Shown here: positions 36,233 through 47,000 of the stretch, in pieces | Layout: every line of letters starts with the position of its first letter | Numbering within the stretch: position 1 is the stretch's first letter | Assembly: GCA_018302985.1 (NCBI GenBank) | Contig: JAGVZA010000002.1 | Span: 32,228-96,227 of the forward strand | DNA: 64,000 bases | Reading direction: 5' to 3' | Origin: Candidatus Woesearchaeota archaeon | GTDB taxonomy: Archaea; Nanobdellota; Nanobdellia; SCGC-AAA011-G17; UBA489 | Made by a program: the position numbers and the translations under genes | Notes under the pieces: generated by a model | Told to the model about the DNA's origin: nothing | The model's input: only the letters and a program-made list of their open reading frames with translations | Databases searched by the model: none

Positions 36233-39214
36233 TTGGCAACAAGAATAGAAATCACACCTACTGTTGAAGATGCCCGTGCACGCATGAGAAAGCGGCAAAT
36301 AGAAGGCATGGGATTTGATGGAAAAATTCAAGGTGTGCAGTTAGTAGATGTCTATACTGTTGATGCTCCTCTAGAAAGAAATGATCTGCAAAGAGTCGGA
36401 AGCATGCTTGCTGATACTATAACAGAAAGTGCGAGTGTTGATACTCCTCAAGCACCAGAAAAATTTGATTGGGCAATTGAAGTAGGTTTTCATCCAGGTG
36501 TTACTGATAATGTTGCAACAACTGCAAGAGAAGGTTTAGAAGATTTATTAAAAACAAAATTACAACCAGACCAAGGTGTGTATAGTTCTCAAGTAACATT
36601 TCTGCAAGGAGATCTATCGCAAGCTGATGTGGAAAAAATTGCTAGTACTATGGCAAATCCATTAATTCAACGGACTGCTATAAAAAGTTTTGATGTCTTT
36701 CGAAGAGATCAAGGCATGGGTGTCGTTGTTCCACAAGTAAGATTAGGTCTTGAACCTTCTGTTGATACTGTTGATATCTTGCAAGCAGATGATGCAGCTT
36801 TAGCTCTTATTGGAAAAAAAGGTATTGCTAATGTTGATGGAACGCGAAGAGGACCTCTTGCATTAGATCTCAAATATATGCAAGCTATTCAAGCACATTT
36901 TAGAAAACTTGGAAGAAACCCAACAGATGTAGAACTAGAATCAGTTGCACAAACCTGGTCAGAGCATTGTAAACATACTATTTTTGCTGATCCTTTGGAC
37001 GACATTACAGAAGGATTATTCAAAAGATATATTCGAGGAGCAACAGAACAAATCAGAAGAGCAAAAGGCACTAAAGATTTCTGTGTCTCTGTCTTTAAAG
37101 ATAATTCTGGTGCTATTGCTTTTGATGACCAATGGCTTGTAACAGATAAAGTAGAAACACATAACAGTCCATCAGCTTTAGATCCATTTGGTGGTGCAAT
37201 CACAGGTATAGTTGGAGTAAATAGAGATACTATCGGTTTCGGACTTGGTGCTAGACCAGTTATTAATCGCTATGCTTTTTGTTTTGCTGATCCAAAAGAC
37301 ACAGATCCACTATACAAAGGAGAAGGACGTACTCAACAAATGTTGCCGCCTCGACGCATTATGGAAGGAGTCATTAGAGGTGTGAATGTTGGAGGTAATT
37401 GTTCTGGTATTCCAACACATCCGGGCTCGTTATTTTTTGATCAACGCTACGAAGGAAAACCTCTAGTGTTTGTAGGTACTGTAGGAATCATTCCACGAGA
37501 AACTGCTGGAAGACTTTCCCATGAAAAGCAAGCACAGTCTAGCGATTATATTGTTATGATCGGTGGTCGTGTAGGAAAAGACGGTATTCATGGAGCAACA
37601 TTTTCATCTGAAGCCATGGATGCTGGCAGTCCTGCAACTGCAGTGCAAATTGGAGATCCTATCACTCAGAAAAAACTAAGTGATGCTTTAATTGATGAAG
37701 CAAGAGATTTAGGATTGTATACCAGTCTTACTGACAATGGTGCTGGAGGATTATCTTGTTCAGTTGCAGAAATGGCGCAGGAAGCGGGCGGATGTCATGT
37801 GGATTTAGAAAAAGTTCCTGTAAAATATCAAGGCCTTGCTCCTTGGGAAATTTGGATTTCTGAATCACAAGAACGTATGACTCTCTCAGTCCCTAAAGAA
37901 AATTGGGGAAGATTGCAAGAATTACTGCAGCGACGCAGAGTAGAAGCTACAGTCATCGGAGAATTTACAAATTCTGGAAAATGTGTAGTTGAGTATAAAG
38001 GAAAAACAGTCATGGATATGGAAATGGAGTTCTTGCATCATGGTTTGCCACAGCGACCTATGCAATCAACCTACAAAAGAGTAGTTCATGAAGAGCCTAG
38101 CTTACCAGATCTAGAAGATCTTACACAAACCTTCCATCAAATGCTGGGACGATTAAATATCGCAAGTTTTGCATTTATTGCACAACAATATGATCATGAA
38201 GTACAAGGTGGTTCTGTCATTAAACCGTTACAAGGACGAGGAAGAGTTAATGGTGATGCGACAGTAACCCGCCCAGTCTTAGATTCACAAAAAGGAGTTG
38301 TTGTTTCCCAAGCAATGAATCCTTCCTATAGTGATATTCACACTTATCACATGGCTGCAAGCGCAATCGATACTGCTATTAGAAATGCTATAGCTGTTGG
38401 GGCAGATCTTGAACATCTTGCACTCTTAGATAACTTTTGTTGGTGCAGTCCGGATGATCCAGAACGTTTGGGACAACTCAAAGAAGCTGCTCGAGCTTGT
38501 CATGACTATGCTATTGCATTCGGCACTCCCTGGATTTCTGGTAAAGATAGTATGCACAATGATTTCAAAGGATATGACAAGGATGGAAAGCCAGTAAAAA
38601 TTTCTGTGCCGCCAACGCTCTTAGTCTCTTCACTAGGAGTCATTGACAATGTACAAAATGCAGTTTCTCTAGATGCTAAAATAGAAGGTGATCTGGTCTA
38701 TGTATTAGGACAAACTTATCAAGAATTAGGCGGTTCTGAATATTATGCCATGATCGGAGAACAAGAACGAGGAAAAGGGTATCTTGGAAATGCTGTTCCT
38801 CAAGTAGATGCTCACCGAAATAAAACTCTCTATAATGCACTGACTGATTGTATCAAAGAAGGATTAGTAGCATCTGCGCAAAGTGTGCATAGAGGTGGGC
38901 TAGCAGTTGCTTTGGCAAAGACAGCAATAGGAGGAAAATTAGGTATGGAAATAGATTTAGAACAATTTCCTAGTCAAGTGTCTCGTGATGATTTTGCTTT
39001 ATTCTCTGAAAGCCAAGGAAGATTAGTTGTTACAGTAGCCCCACAATATAAGGAACAATTTGAACAGCACATGCAAGGAAATGCTTTTGCAGCAATAGGA
39101 AAAGTTACAGGAGATGCTATCTTTAGAATTCGTGGAATTACTGGAAAAACTATTGTTGATGCAAACATAAAAACTATGGAGCACGCATACACAGAAACAT
39201 TTCGAGGATATTAA
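36233..39214 (+). CDS. purL: FGAM synthase large subunit with N-terminal PurS-like extension
   Basis: AQTWSEHCKH, KVETHN.PS..DPFGGA.TG, G.DGIHGATFSS, VQIGDP, D.GAGG, SESQERM, ISGKDS; TTG start after AGGGGG. Confidence 0.95.
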   Translation: MATRIEITPTVEDARARMRKRQIEGMGFDGKIQGVQLVDVYTVDAPLERNDLQRVGSMLADTITESASVDTPQAPEKFDWAIEVGFHPGVTDNVATTAREGLEDLLKTKLQPDQGVYSSQVTFLQGDLSQADVEKIASTMANPLIQRTAIKSFDVFRRDQGMGVVVPQVRLGLEPSVDTVDILQADDAALALIGKKGIANVDGTRRGPLALDLKYMQAIQAHFRKLGRNPTDVELESVAQTWSEHCKHTIFADPLDDITEGLFKRYIRGATEQIRRAKGTKDFCVSVFKDNSGAIAFDDQWLVTDKVETHNSPSALDPFGGAITGIVGVNRDTIGFGLGARPVINRYAFCFADPKDTDPLYKGEGRTQQMLPPRRIMEGVIRGVNVGGNCSGIPTHPGSLFFDQRYEGKPLVFVGTVGIIPRETAGRLSHEKQAQSSDYIVMIGGRVGKDGIHGATFSSEAMDAGSPATAVQIGDPITQKKLSDALIDEARDLGLYTSLTDNGAGGLSCSVAEMAQEAGGCHVDLEKVPVKYQGLAPWEIWISESQERMTLSVPKENWGRLQELLQRRRVEATVIGEFTNSGKCVVEYKGKTVMDMEMEFLHHGLPQRPMQSTYKRVVHEEPSLPDLEDLTQTFHQMLGRLNIASFAFIAQQYDHEVQGGSVIKPLQGRGRVNGDATVTRPVLDSQKGVVVSQAMNPSYSDIHTYHMAASAIDTAIRNAIAVGADLEHLALLDNFCWCSPDDPERLGQLKEAARACHDYAIAFGTPWISGKDSMHNDFKGYDKDGKPVKISVPPTLLVSSLGVIDNVQNAVSLDAKIEGDLVYVLGQTYQELGGSEYYAMIGEQERGKGYLGNAVPQVDAHRNKTLYNALTDCIKEGLVASAQSVHRGGLAVALAKTAIGGKLGMEIDLEQFPSQVSRDDFALFSESQGRLVVTVAPQYKEQFEQHMQGNAFAAIGKVTGDAIFRIRGITGKTIVDANIKTMEHAYTETFRGY

Positions 39215-39217
39215 CTT

Positions 39218-40018
39218 ATGACAACACCAAAAGCTCTAGTCTTAACAGGATATGGTATTAATTGTAGTAGAGAAACACAATTTGCTTTCACACAAGCTGG
39301 AGCACAAGCAGATATTGTACATATTAACGATCTCATAGATGGTCAACGACGTTTGGAGAACTATCAAATACTAACTTTTTCAGGTGGTTTTTCTTATGGA
39401 GATGATACTGGATCAGGCAATGGACTCGCAAATAGAATACGCAATAATCTTTGGGAGAAAGTAGCTGAGTTTGTTGAAAAAGATCATTTAGTGTTGGGAA
39501 TTTGTAATGGTTTTCAAGCCCTAGTTCGTTTAGGATTGTTGCCTGCAGTCAATAAAAATTATGGTACACAACAAGTTTCTTTACTGCATAATGATGGAGC
39601 GCAATATCTGGATAGATGGGTTGATCTCGAATGTTCACAGATAAGTCCATGGTTAAAAGGTGTTGATCGAATGAGTTTACCTATTGCGCATGGTGAAGGA
39701 AAATTGTATGCACCCCCTGAAGTGTTAGAACAACTGCAACAGAGAGATCTAATTGCTGCTAGATATGTTTCAGGAACAATGTGCGTTTATCAACACTTGC
39801 CTGCAAACCCCAATGGTTCTTTAGATGATATAGCAGCTTTAAGTGATGAATCTGGAAGAATTTTAGGAATGATGCCTCATCCTGAACGAGCCATAGCATT
39901 TACACATCTTCCTCATTGGTCATTAATAAAAGAAATAGTAAAAAGAATAGGAGCATCAGTCCCTAAGACTTGTCTGGGATTGCAAATATTTGAAAATGGA
40001 GTGAAGTATTTCAAGTAA
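39218..40018 (+). CDS. purQ: FGAM synthase glutaminase subunit
   Basis: G.NC, GGFSYGD, LGICNGFQ, IAHGEG, NPNGS, GMMPHPER. Confidence 0.95.
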   Translation: MTTPKALVLTGYGINCSRETQFAFTQAGAQADIVHINDLIDGQRRLENYQILTFSGGFSYGDDTGSGNGLANRIRNNLWEKVAEFVEKDHLVLGICNGFQALVRLGLLPAVNKNYGTQQVSLLHNDGAQYLDRWVDLECSQISPWLKGVDRMSLPIAHGEGKLYAPPEVLEQLQQRDLIAARYVSGTMCVYQHLPANPNGSLDDIAALSDESGRILGMMPHPERAIAFTHLPHWSLIKEIVKRIGASVPKTCLGLQIFENGVKYFK

Positions 40019-40030
40019 GGAGAAGAAACC

Positions 40031-41479
40031 ATGACAACTCTTGACGATTATCTTACTGACGTAATTCAAAGAGGAGATCAAGGATCTCACTTCTTAGGAA
40101 ATCGTTGTGCACCAACACTAAGAAACTGTCCCTATGTAAAAATAATAAAAGGACCAATACAAAATGTTGGAGTATTAGATCTTCCTGAAACTTATGATGT
40201 CGTTGTGCATTCAGCAACTGGTGATCCTAAAATCACAGACGTTCACGAGCATGCAAGATCTGTAGTTACTAGATTATGTCTCCAAGCACAGCAACTAGGA
40301 GTTACTCCAATAGCATTTGCAAATGTGATTGATTCCAGAACCGGTGATCTCAAAATGTTAGAAGCAGCAGTTACTGGTTTAGTCAAAGAAGCAAATAGTA
40401 GAGGTCTAGCTATTATGAATGGAGAAAATGCAATATTGGGAGACAGAGTTGTACCAGAAGCAAATATTATGGGTACTATGATTAGTATAGTCCCAAAAGA
40501 AAATACACAAATTCAAAGAGATACTCCTTTGCTTCGCCATGATATTGTACTTGCTCGATTTAGTCATAACGGTCAGTATGTTTATATCAATGCTGATGGT
40601 GTAGGAACAAAAACAGATTTGCATGAAAAAGCAGGAAATCCACAATTCAGTGTAGATGATTTTGCAGCTATGAATCTTGATGATACGAGTAAATTAAGAG
40701 CTACAGCAAAAGCCCTTAGTGGTGTTCTTGAATTTACTGGAGCGATACCTATGAGCGAAATGATGAGTCGTGCTAGAAGACTTGGACAACAGTTAGGAAT
40801 ATCTATCCTCATCCAACAAGAAGAAGCAACAGGAAGAATTCATGGGGATTCTTATTTTACCCATAGTTTGAGTGGTGCAGTAGTAAGTACTATTGATAAG
40901 ACGCTTGCGCAAACGCCCTTACAAGCACAGGCAAGTGATTACCTTATTGCAATAACAGGAAGAACAAATCCTCGCTCCAATGGTATAACTGATAAGAGAA
41001 GAGCCATGGTCCAACTGTTCGGTCCAGAATATCAGCATACTCCTATGGGAAGGTTATTCTTAGAATATTTAGCTCAACCCTCGACTATTTTGTATTCTAC
41101 ATTTAAACTCTTGATTGATCAGGGATTAGCATCCAATGTGTATCATATGAGCGGCGGAGCATATAATGGCAAGCTAGCAAAACCTTTAGCAGCCAATAAT
41201 TTATTTGTCAGATTAGAAAATTTATTTCCTCCAGACTGGCGAGAAATTACTTTGGCTGGTGCAAATTTTACTTCTGCAGAACAAGCATTTGCAAAATGGC
41301 CATGGGGTAATGATGGATTTGTAACAACTGCACAACCTAAAGCAGCGATAGCAAAAATAGAGGCTATGTGTTTGCAAGGAAGAATTGTTGGACAAGTACA
41401 GCAAGCAGTTGATGGTAAAACCGGTGTAGAAATAGAGCCAAGACCCAGAAAAGTAGTTTACTTTTCAGGAAAAGAATAA
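40031..41479 (+). CDS. purM: Divergent AIR synthase (PurM-like) with apparent N-domain duplication
   Basis: NGENAILG in the first half; DGVGTK and AMNLDD in the second; RSNG, H.SGG, .GNDGF; sits between purQ and purN. Confidence 0.7.
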   Translation: MTTLDDYLTDVIQRGDQGSHFLGNRCAPTLRNCPYVKIIKGPIQNVGVLDLPETYDVVVHSATGDPKITDVHEHARSVVTRLCLQAQQLGVTPIAFANVIDSRTGDLKMLEAAVTGLVKEANSRGLAIMNGENAILGDRVVPEANIMGTMISIVPKENTQIQRDTPLLRHDIVLARFSHNGQYVYINADGVGTKTDLHEKAGNPQFSVDDFAAMNLDDTSKLRATAKALSGVLEFTGAIPMSEMMSRARRLGQQLGISILIQQEEATGRIHGDSYFTHSLSGAVVSTIDKTLAQTPLQAQASDYLIAITGRTNPRSNGITDKRRAMVQLFGPEYQHTPMGRLFLEYLAQPSTILYSTFKLLIDQGLASNVYHMSGGAYNGKLAKPLAANNLFVRLENLFPPDWREITLAGANFTSAEQAFAKWPWGNDGFVTTAQPKAAIAKIEAMCLQGRIVGQVQQAVDGKTGVEIEPRPRKVVYFSGKE

Positions 41480-41480
41480 C

Positions 41481-42275
41481 ATGATCTTAAAACCTTTGCA
41501 CAATCCAAGTAGTGGACCTATGCGAGTAGTTGGACTCATGTCTGGCAGTGGTTCTAATCTCACAGAAATTATTAAATTTGAAAAAAGAGTACAGCAGCAA
41601 AGAGGACAATCTCCTTATACTGTAGTTGGTATTTTTTCAGACAGAGCAACAAGTAGTGCAGTCCAAATAGGAGCGACTTATGATCTTCCCGTAGTTGTTC
41701 GAGATTTAAAATCATTTTATGCTGCTCGCGGCAAGCCTAGAAGTGATATGGGGGTAAGAAAAGAATTTGATGCAGCAACAGTAAGAGCACTAGCTCCCTT
41801 TACAGCAACCGTAGCTGCGTATGCAGGATATATGAGCATTGCAACAAACTTTTTATTAGAAGCATATCAAGGAGTCAACGTCCACCCTGCAGATCTTTCT
41901 ATTCTGGAAGGAGAGAGAAGAAAATACACTGGCGATCATGCAGTTAGAGATGCAATTCTTGCTGGAGAACTCTATTTACGTTCTTGTACGCATGTTCTTG
42001 AGGAAAAAGTAGATTATGGAAAAATATTCATGCGCTCTGCTCCTGTCAAAGTACAACTGCCTGTAGATTTTGATCCAAAAGACCAAGAGTTAGTACAAAG
42101 AGTTGTTGATGAACATCAGAATCGCTTAAAAAAAGAAGGTGACTGGATCATCTTTCCACAGACATTATTATTGATGGCTGAAGGAAGAATCGCACAAGAT
42201 GAACAGGGTAATTTGTATGTTGATAAAAAAGCAATTCCTAATGGTTTGATTGCAACTAGAAGTATAGTAGAGTAA
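41481..42275 (+). CDS. purN: GAR transformylase (PurN-like formyltransferase)
   Basis: LMSGSGSNL, AGYM, NVHP, H.....VD.G.I. Confidence 0.82.
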   Translation: MILKPLHNPSSGPMRVVGLMSGSGSNLTEIIKFEKRVQQQRGQSPYTVVGIFSDRATSSAVQIGATYDLPVVVRDLKSFYAARGKPRSDMGVRKEFDAATVRALAPFTATVAAYAGYMSIATNFLLEAYQGVNVHPADLSILEGERRKYTGDHAVRDAILAGELYLRSCTHVLEEKVDYGKIFMRSAPVKVQLPVDFDPKDQELVQRVVDEHQNRLKKEGDWIIFPQTLLLMAEGRIAQDEQGNLYVDKKAIPNGLIATRSIVE

Positions 42276-42288
42276 GTAGAAGTATTAT

Positions 42289-42912
42289 TTATCTCCGAAG
42301 CACTGCAGTAATATATTTCTGATTTCCTTTGAATTGTGTTCGCAAGAGTTGTTCTATTTGTGGTTTTGGTAAGGCTGGTTTGTAATATCTTCTGCTTGCT
42401 AATGCATCATAAAGATCAGCTACTGCAACTAGTTGTGCTAAAGAAGTAATCATGGAGTCGCTCCTTCTTCTGTCCATTACATCTCGAGCACTATCTCTTC
42501 TTTCTACACCTTCTCTAGGATAGGGTGATGGTTTATATTCGTGGTGAGCTATTACTATCTGTCGAATTCTTGGATCAGGTAAGGCCTCTAATAAATTAAA
42601 TCCATGTACTGGATGTTCATCCATCAGTGTTCTTTCTTGCGCATCAAGCTGACCTCTCTTAGCTAAGATTGTTGTAGGAATTTTTGTTTTTCCTATGTCA
42701 TGTAAGAGTCCAGCAGAGCCAAGTAACAATAAATCTTCATCAGCTAATCTCTCGTCCAGTCCTAAATCAATGCTCAAAAAACCAACACGCATGCTATGAC
42801 TATAACTTTCTTTGTGATGGTGACGTAAGAGATCTAAGTAGCTTGTAACTTCTGGTTGAGAAAGAACTCTTTTTAAAACTACAGTGCTTGTTGAATGAAG
42901 TGTACTTACCAT
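42289..42912 (-). CDS. HD-GYP-like phosphohydrolase
   Basis: HSMRV, LLHDIGK, HP..G, HHE, VADLYDAL.S.R.YK. Confidence 0.82.
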   Translation of the reverse strand: MVSTLHSTSTVVLKRVLSQPEVTSYLDLLRHHHKESYSHSMRVGFLSIDLGLDERLADEDLLLLGSAGLLHDIGKTKIPTTILAKRGQLDAQERTLMDEHPVHGFNLLEALPDPRIRQIVIAHHEYKPSPYPREGVERRDSARDVMDRRRSDSMITSLAQLVAVADLYDALASRRYYKPALPKPQIEQLLRTQFKGNQKYITAVLRR

Positions 42913-43031
42913 AGTAAACATTGAAGATCAGTATTTATAAAATTTCCTATGAATTGCAATAATTGTTTAAGTCGTTTCAGGAATAAGTGAATTATAAGAA
43001 ATTTGATTGAAGAATATATGCTTTTCATTTC

Positions 43032-43811
43032 TTAAAAAGAAAGCTTGTGCAAAGGTGAAGCTTCCACTCTTCTTTGCAAACGAATAGCATAATCTCCTAT
43101 GCCCATACTAAACCTTTCAGCTAAAGTTTTTGCAGCAGTAAATAAGTGTTGGGCTTGAGGAACCGCATAGACCATATCTACTCCAACAAGAATGCCCCAA
43201 GAAGGAACTTCACCACGCTTTAAATTATCAGATAATCTACTTCTTTGTTGAGGAGTAAGCAGTTGCTGACTTAGGTCTATGAAAAATTCAGAATCTTCTC
43301 CCGCAGTAATTAAAGCTTCCTCAACAAGTACTGTAGCATAACTAAAGCTTGCCTGAGTGTAGTCAAAAGCTAAACTCTCAAGTGTTCTACTATCTAAATG
43401 GGGAACTCTCGCTTGTAGTGCTCTTTTTCTCATGCCTATTTTTATTTCTCGAGCTCGATGAGATACATATTTTTTTGTTGTATCTAGAACATGTGTTGCA
43501 AGAGCTCTAGGAAGTTGTGACAAAGAAGTTTCCTTGAGAATGCTTACTAGAGTAGGTTCTCTAGCCATTATTTTTTCCATAATAGACGCTCTTTCTTCAG
43601 GGGCTAAATCTATTAAGCAAACAGTGAGTGGTAAGGCGTTCAAATCAAGAGATCCTTCAAGATAAGATTCAATCCCTGTATAAGTTCTTCTAGCAGGACT
43701 TACAAATGTTCTTTTCCCATGTTCCTCAAGAACACCATCTTCAAAGGTAAGAATTTGTGTTTTAGGATCATAGGTAGTTCGTCCAAGAGGGTGAATAGTT
43801 CTTTTGATCAT
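43032..43811 (-). CDS. Hypothetical protein
   Basis: 259 aa ORF with upstream ctttaaata TATA; no motif recognised. Confidence 0.6.
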   Translation of the reverse strand: MIKRTIHPLGRTTYDPKTQILTFEDGVLEEHGKRTFVSPARRTYTGIESYLEGSLDLNALPLTVCLIDLAPEERASIMEKIMAREPTLVSILKETSLSQLPRALATHVLDTTKKYVSHRAREIKIGMRKRALQARVPHLDSRTLESLAFDYTQASFSYATVLVEEALITAGEDSEFFIDLSQQLLTPQQRSRLSDNLKRGEVPSWGILVGVDMVYAVPQAQHLFTAAKTLAERFSMGIGDYAIRLQRRVEASPLHKLSF

Positions 43812-43927
43812 AATAAGTCACTTTTTATAGAGGTAGAAGGCCTATTTAAAGGTTATTAGTGTTATCTCTTTAAAGTAGTTACAAATAGAAAGGCATATAA
43901 ATGGGGTATAGTATCCCACTGAGTAAG

Positions 43928-44068
43928 ATGAAAGACAAATTGAGTGTTACAGTAGATATGGAACTGGTTGAAAAGCTCCGTACTATAGTGAATACTGGCA
44001 AATTTAGGAATAAAAGCCATTTAGTAGAATATGCACTCAATAAACTCATAGAAGAGCTCGAATCATGA
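43928..44068 (+). CDS. Ribbon-helix-helix (CopG/Arc/MetJ) regulator (not in ORF track)
   Basis: MKDKLSVTVDMELVEKL......GKFRNKSHLVEYAL; ATGA-coupled to the 1059 aa gene. Confidence 0.85.
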   Translation: MKDKLSVTVDMELVEKLRTIVNTGKFRNKSHLVEYALNKLIEELES

Positions 44069-47000
44069 AAGCAGCAAAAAATCAATATGATCAGTTTGTA
44101 GCACAGATCCAGCAAGGAGAAACAGTGCAATTTGGTAAAATGGAAACTCTTTTTGCTAAAGCACTGCTTAGTAGATTTCTAGAGCAGCTCAGATCGCAAA
44201 ATTTTAGAGAACGAGCAGAACAACTCCATAGAGAAAGACAACGTCTTATTTTGGAAGAGACTGGTGATGAAGATAGCGAAATTGAACCCTTATCAGATCA
44301 AGAATTGTTAACTTACGCGCTTGATCAAGCACGAACTGCCATAGGAGCATTAGGTGTAAGACCTCCTGTAAGAGAAATGCAGCCTTACTTAGAAAAAGCA
44401 ATAGAAAGAAAAGATTGGCCTTTGTTGAATGCAGCTCTGAGTTTAACAGAAGAAGGAAAATTAGAGAAAGGAACTTTAGAAACTATAGTTCTTGAAGCAC
44501 TTCTGAGAAGACCAACAAGAGAAGAAGGAGATACTCCTAGTAGCATAAGAAGAGAATTTGGAGAACCACACTACACACGAGAACTTGTAGAACCAGTATA
44601 CTCAAGAGCATTAGCTGATGGAAATATGGAAGGAGTTAAAGCAGTGCATGAAGAAACAAAAATTACTATTTCACCTGCACTAGTTCAAACAACATATGAA
44701 ACATTAGCAGGAGCTGGACGTTCTGAGAGAATGAAGAAACTTGTAGAAGTCACAGGAGTAATACCGGAAAAAACATCTGCACTGAGAACAAATTTAATAA
44801 ATCTCATAGTAACAACAGATAAACTAGAAAAAGAAACTTTAGACGAACTCGACGCTGTTATAGACATCAGAACAGATGCAGCTCTTGCAAAAGCGCTTCA
44901 ACTAGCAGCAGTACGTAATGGGAGAATCTCTACTTTCTTTGATCTATACAATAGTGTTGGTGAAAAAGAACGCGTAGCAGTAAGTAATGTTCAAGATGCC
45001 TATGATACATTGGCGTCAACAGATGCAATAGACACTATAGTTAATCAAGCTATACAAACAGGGATTGCACCACGAAAAAAAGTTTTAACTCAAGTGTATT
45101 CAGATTTACTACAAAAGCAAAACTTTGCACGCATGGAAGAACTAGCAGCAAAAACTTCAACAACTCCAAGATTTGATGATGCTGTAGTCGATACAACAGT
45201 AAGATCTATGATAGCTCACGACGGAATGCATACTGTTCGACTGAGAGAATCTTTAGAACCATTTATTAGATTTGCAAATTTAGTTCATCAAGCAGGTAGC
45301 GCTATCGCAGAAGAGCATGTAGCGAGAGCGTGTCAAATGTATCTGGAAGGTTATATAACAGGAGAAGAAGATAGAGGTTTAGAAGGAAGAATTAGAGTAG
45401 TAGATAGAATCTATACCCAACTTGGAATAAAGTCATCAGAAACAATAACAGCGTTAAAGCTTGAAAGACTTGTAAAAGAACTAGGAACTACTTTTGGAGA
45501 ATTAGTAAGTAAATACGCAAAAGAATATAGTAATGGTTCGCCGCTCCAACCTATGCCCGGAAGTAATCTGGGTGAATGGCGACAATACTCAACAGCAGCA
45601 AGAAAAAATGTTAGAAAACACATTAAGGACTTGAAAGCCATACGTAGAGCACATCCAAACTGCTCTGTAGAGCAACATCTCCAAACAACTGAAATAGACG
45701 CTAGATTCATTCAAGAAACTTACATCGCATGTTTAGAAACATTCTTGACGCAATGCTCAATGGATGAAAAAACTGTAGATCTGCCGCAACTTATTGAAAC
45801 TGTTGGTATACCAATAAATGAAACTGCTGTAAATAGAGCGTTAATAAATCACATCAAAAGAAATTATGAAAGACAAGATGCCGGAAAAGTATTGGAAAAT
45901 GCACAAAAAGCAGGAATGTCTGTCACGTTAAATGATCAACAAATTAATAAGATAGGACAAGAGATGCTTACACGCCCAGAAGGCACTCTTCATTATCTTA
46001 AAGCTCTTATTGGAGAAAGAACATTTCCACCAGATCTTCAAGAAGCAGTGCAAGCAAGAAGCGTGGTTGAACTGGGGAAGGGAAATATTAGCGATTATGA
46101 TAAATTACAATCATTATTGTCTATAAAACGACCACCAACTGCTGGAGAAGCACAAACAATAAGAAAGACGATTATAGCAATCTTAACAGATGGAAAATAC
46201 GAGGCATTGGAGGCATTGCACAGAGAACAAGCAGAAGCTATGAGGGATAGATCAGGGATTATTCTTACAGCAACACCTGCTGAATTAGAAGTTATGATTG
46301 ATAAATATTTTGAGGGAGGAAGCAGTGCGAAACATCCAAGTCATATTGCAAGATTTTTTAATACAACGCTTAATCCAGATCAGATAAGAAGAAGATATGA
46401 GGCATTATTAAAAGATAGAAATATTAATGGACTTGAAAATATAACTTATGCTTATGAAGAAAGAATAAAAGCAGTACAAGAACTAATGGCTGATACAGGT
46501 GTCAAATATGAGCCTAAAGATTTACAACAAAGAGTTGAAGCAGAAGTAAGTAAAGGTCATAGCGGACATTTTCCAAGATGGGGTCCTTTATTAGGATTAT
46601 TAACAACACACAACGTTCCACCAGAACAAAGTACTGCAACAAGAATCTACCAAGCATCAATTCGTGATCTTTCTAAAGGAGAATATTTTAACACAAATTG
46701 TCTACCAGAAATTGTTAGACGATTAAGAGAATTCAACTTGCCTGTAGAAGACAGTATTGCAGAAGAAGTTAAGAATTTAGGATTAAAAGATCATGAAGTA
46801 GGCAATGAAAAGCTCATAAAAAGTATGGACTGGCTCCATCACCTATATCAACGTGCAGATATTCTTACTCCAGCAGAACTAACGACTGTAGCAGACGCTA
46901 TAGATGAAGATTTTACAGGAAGCCATATTAAAGCACACAATAGAAATGGAACTTTAATAAGGGATCTTTCCTTTATTTATGTTTTAGGTAATAGACAAGC

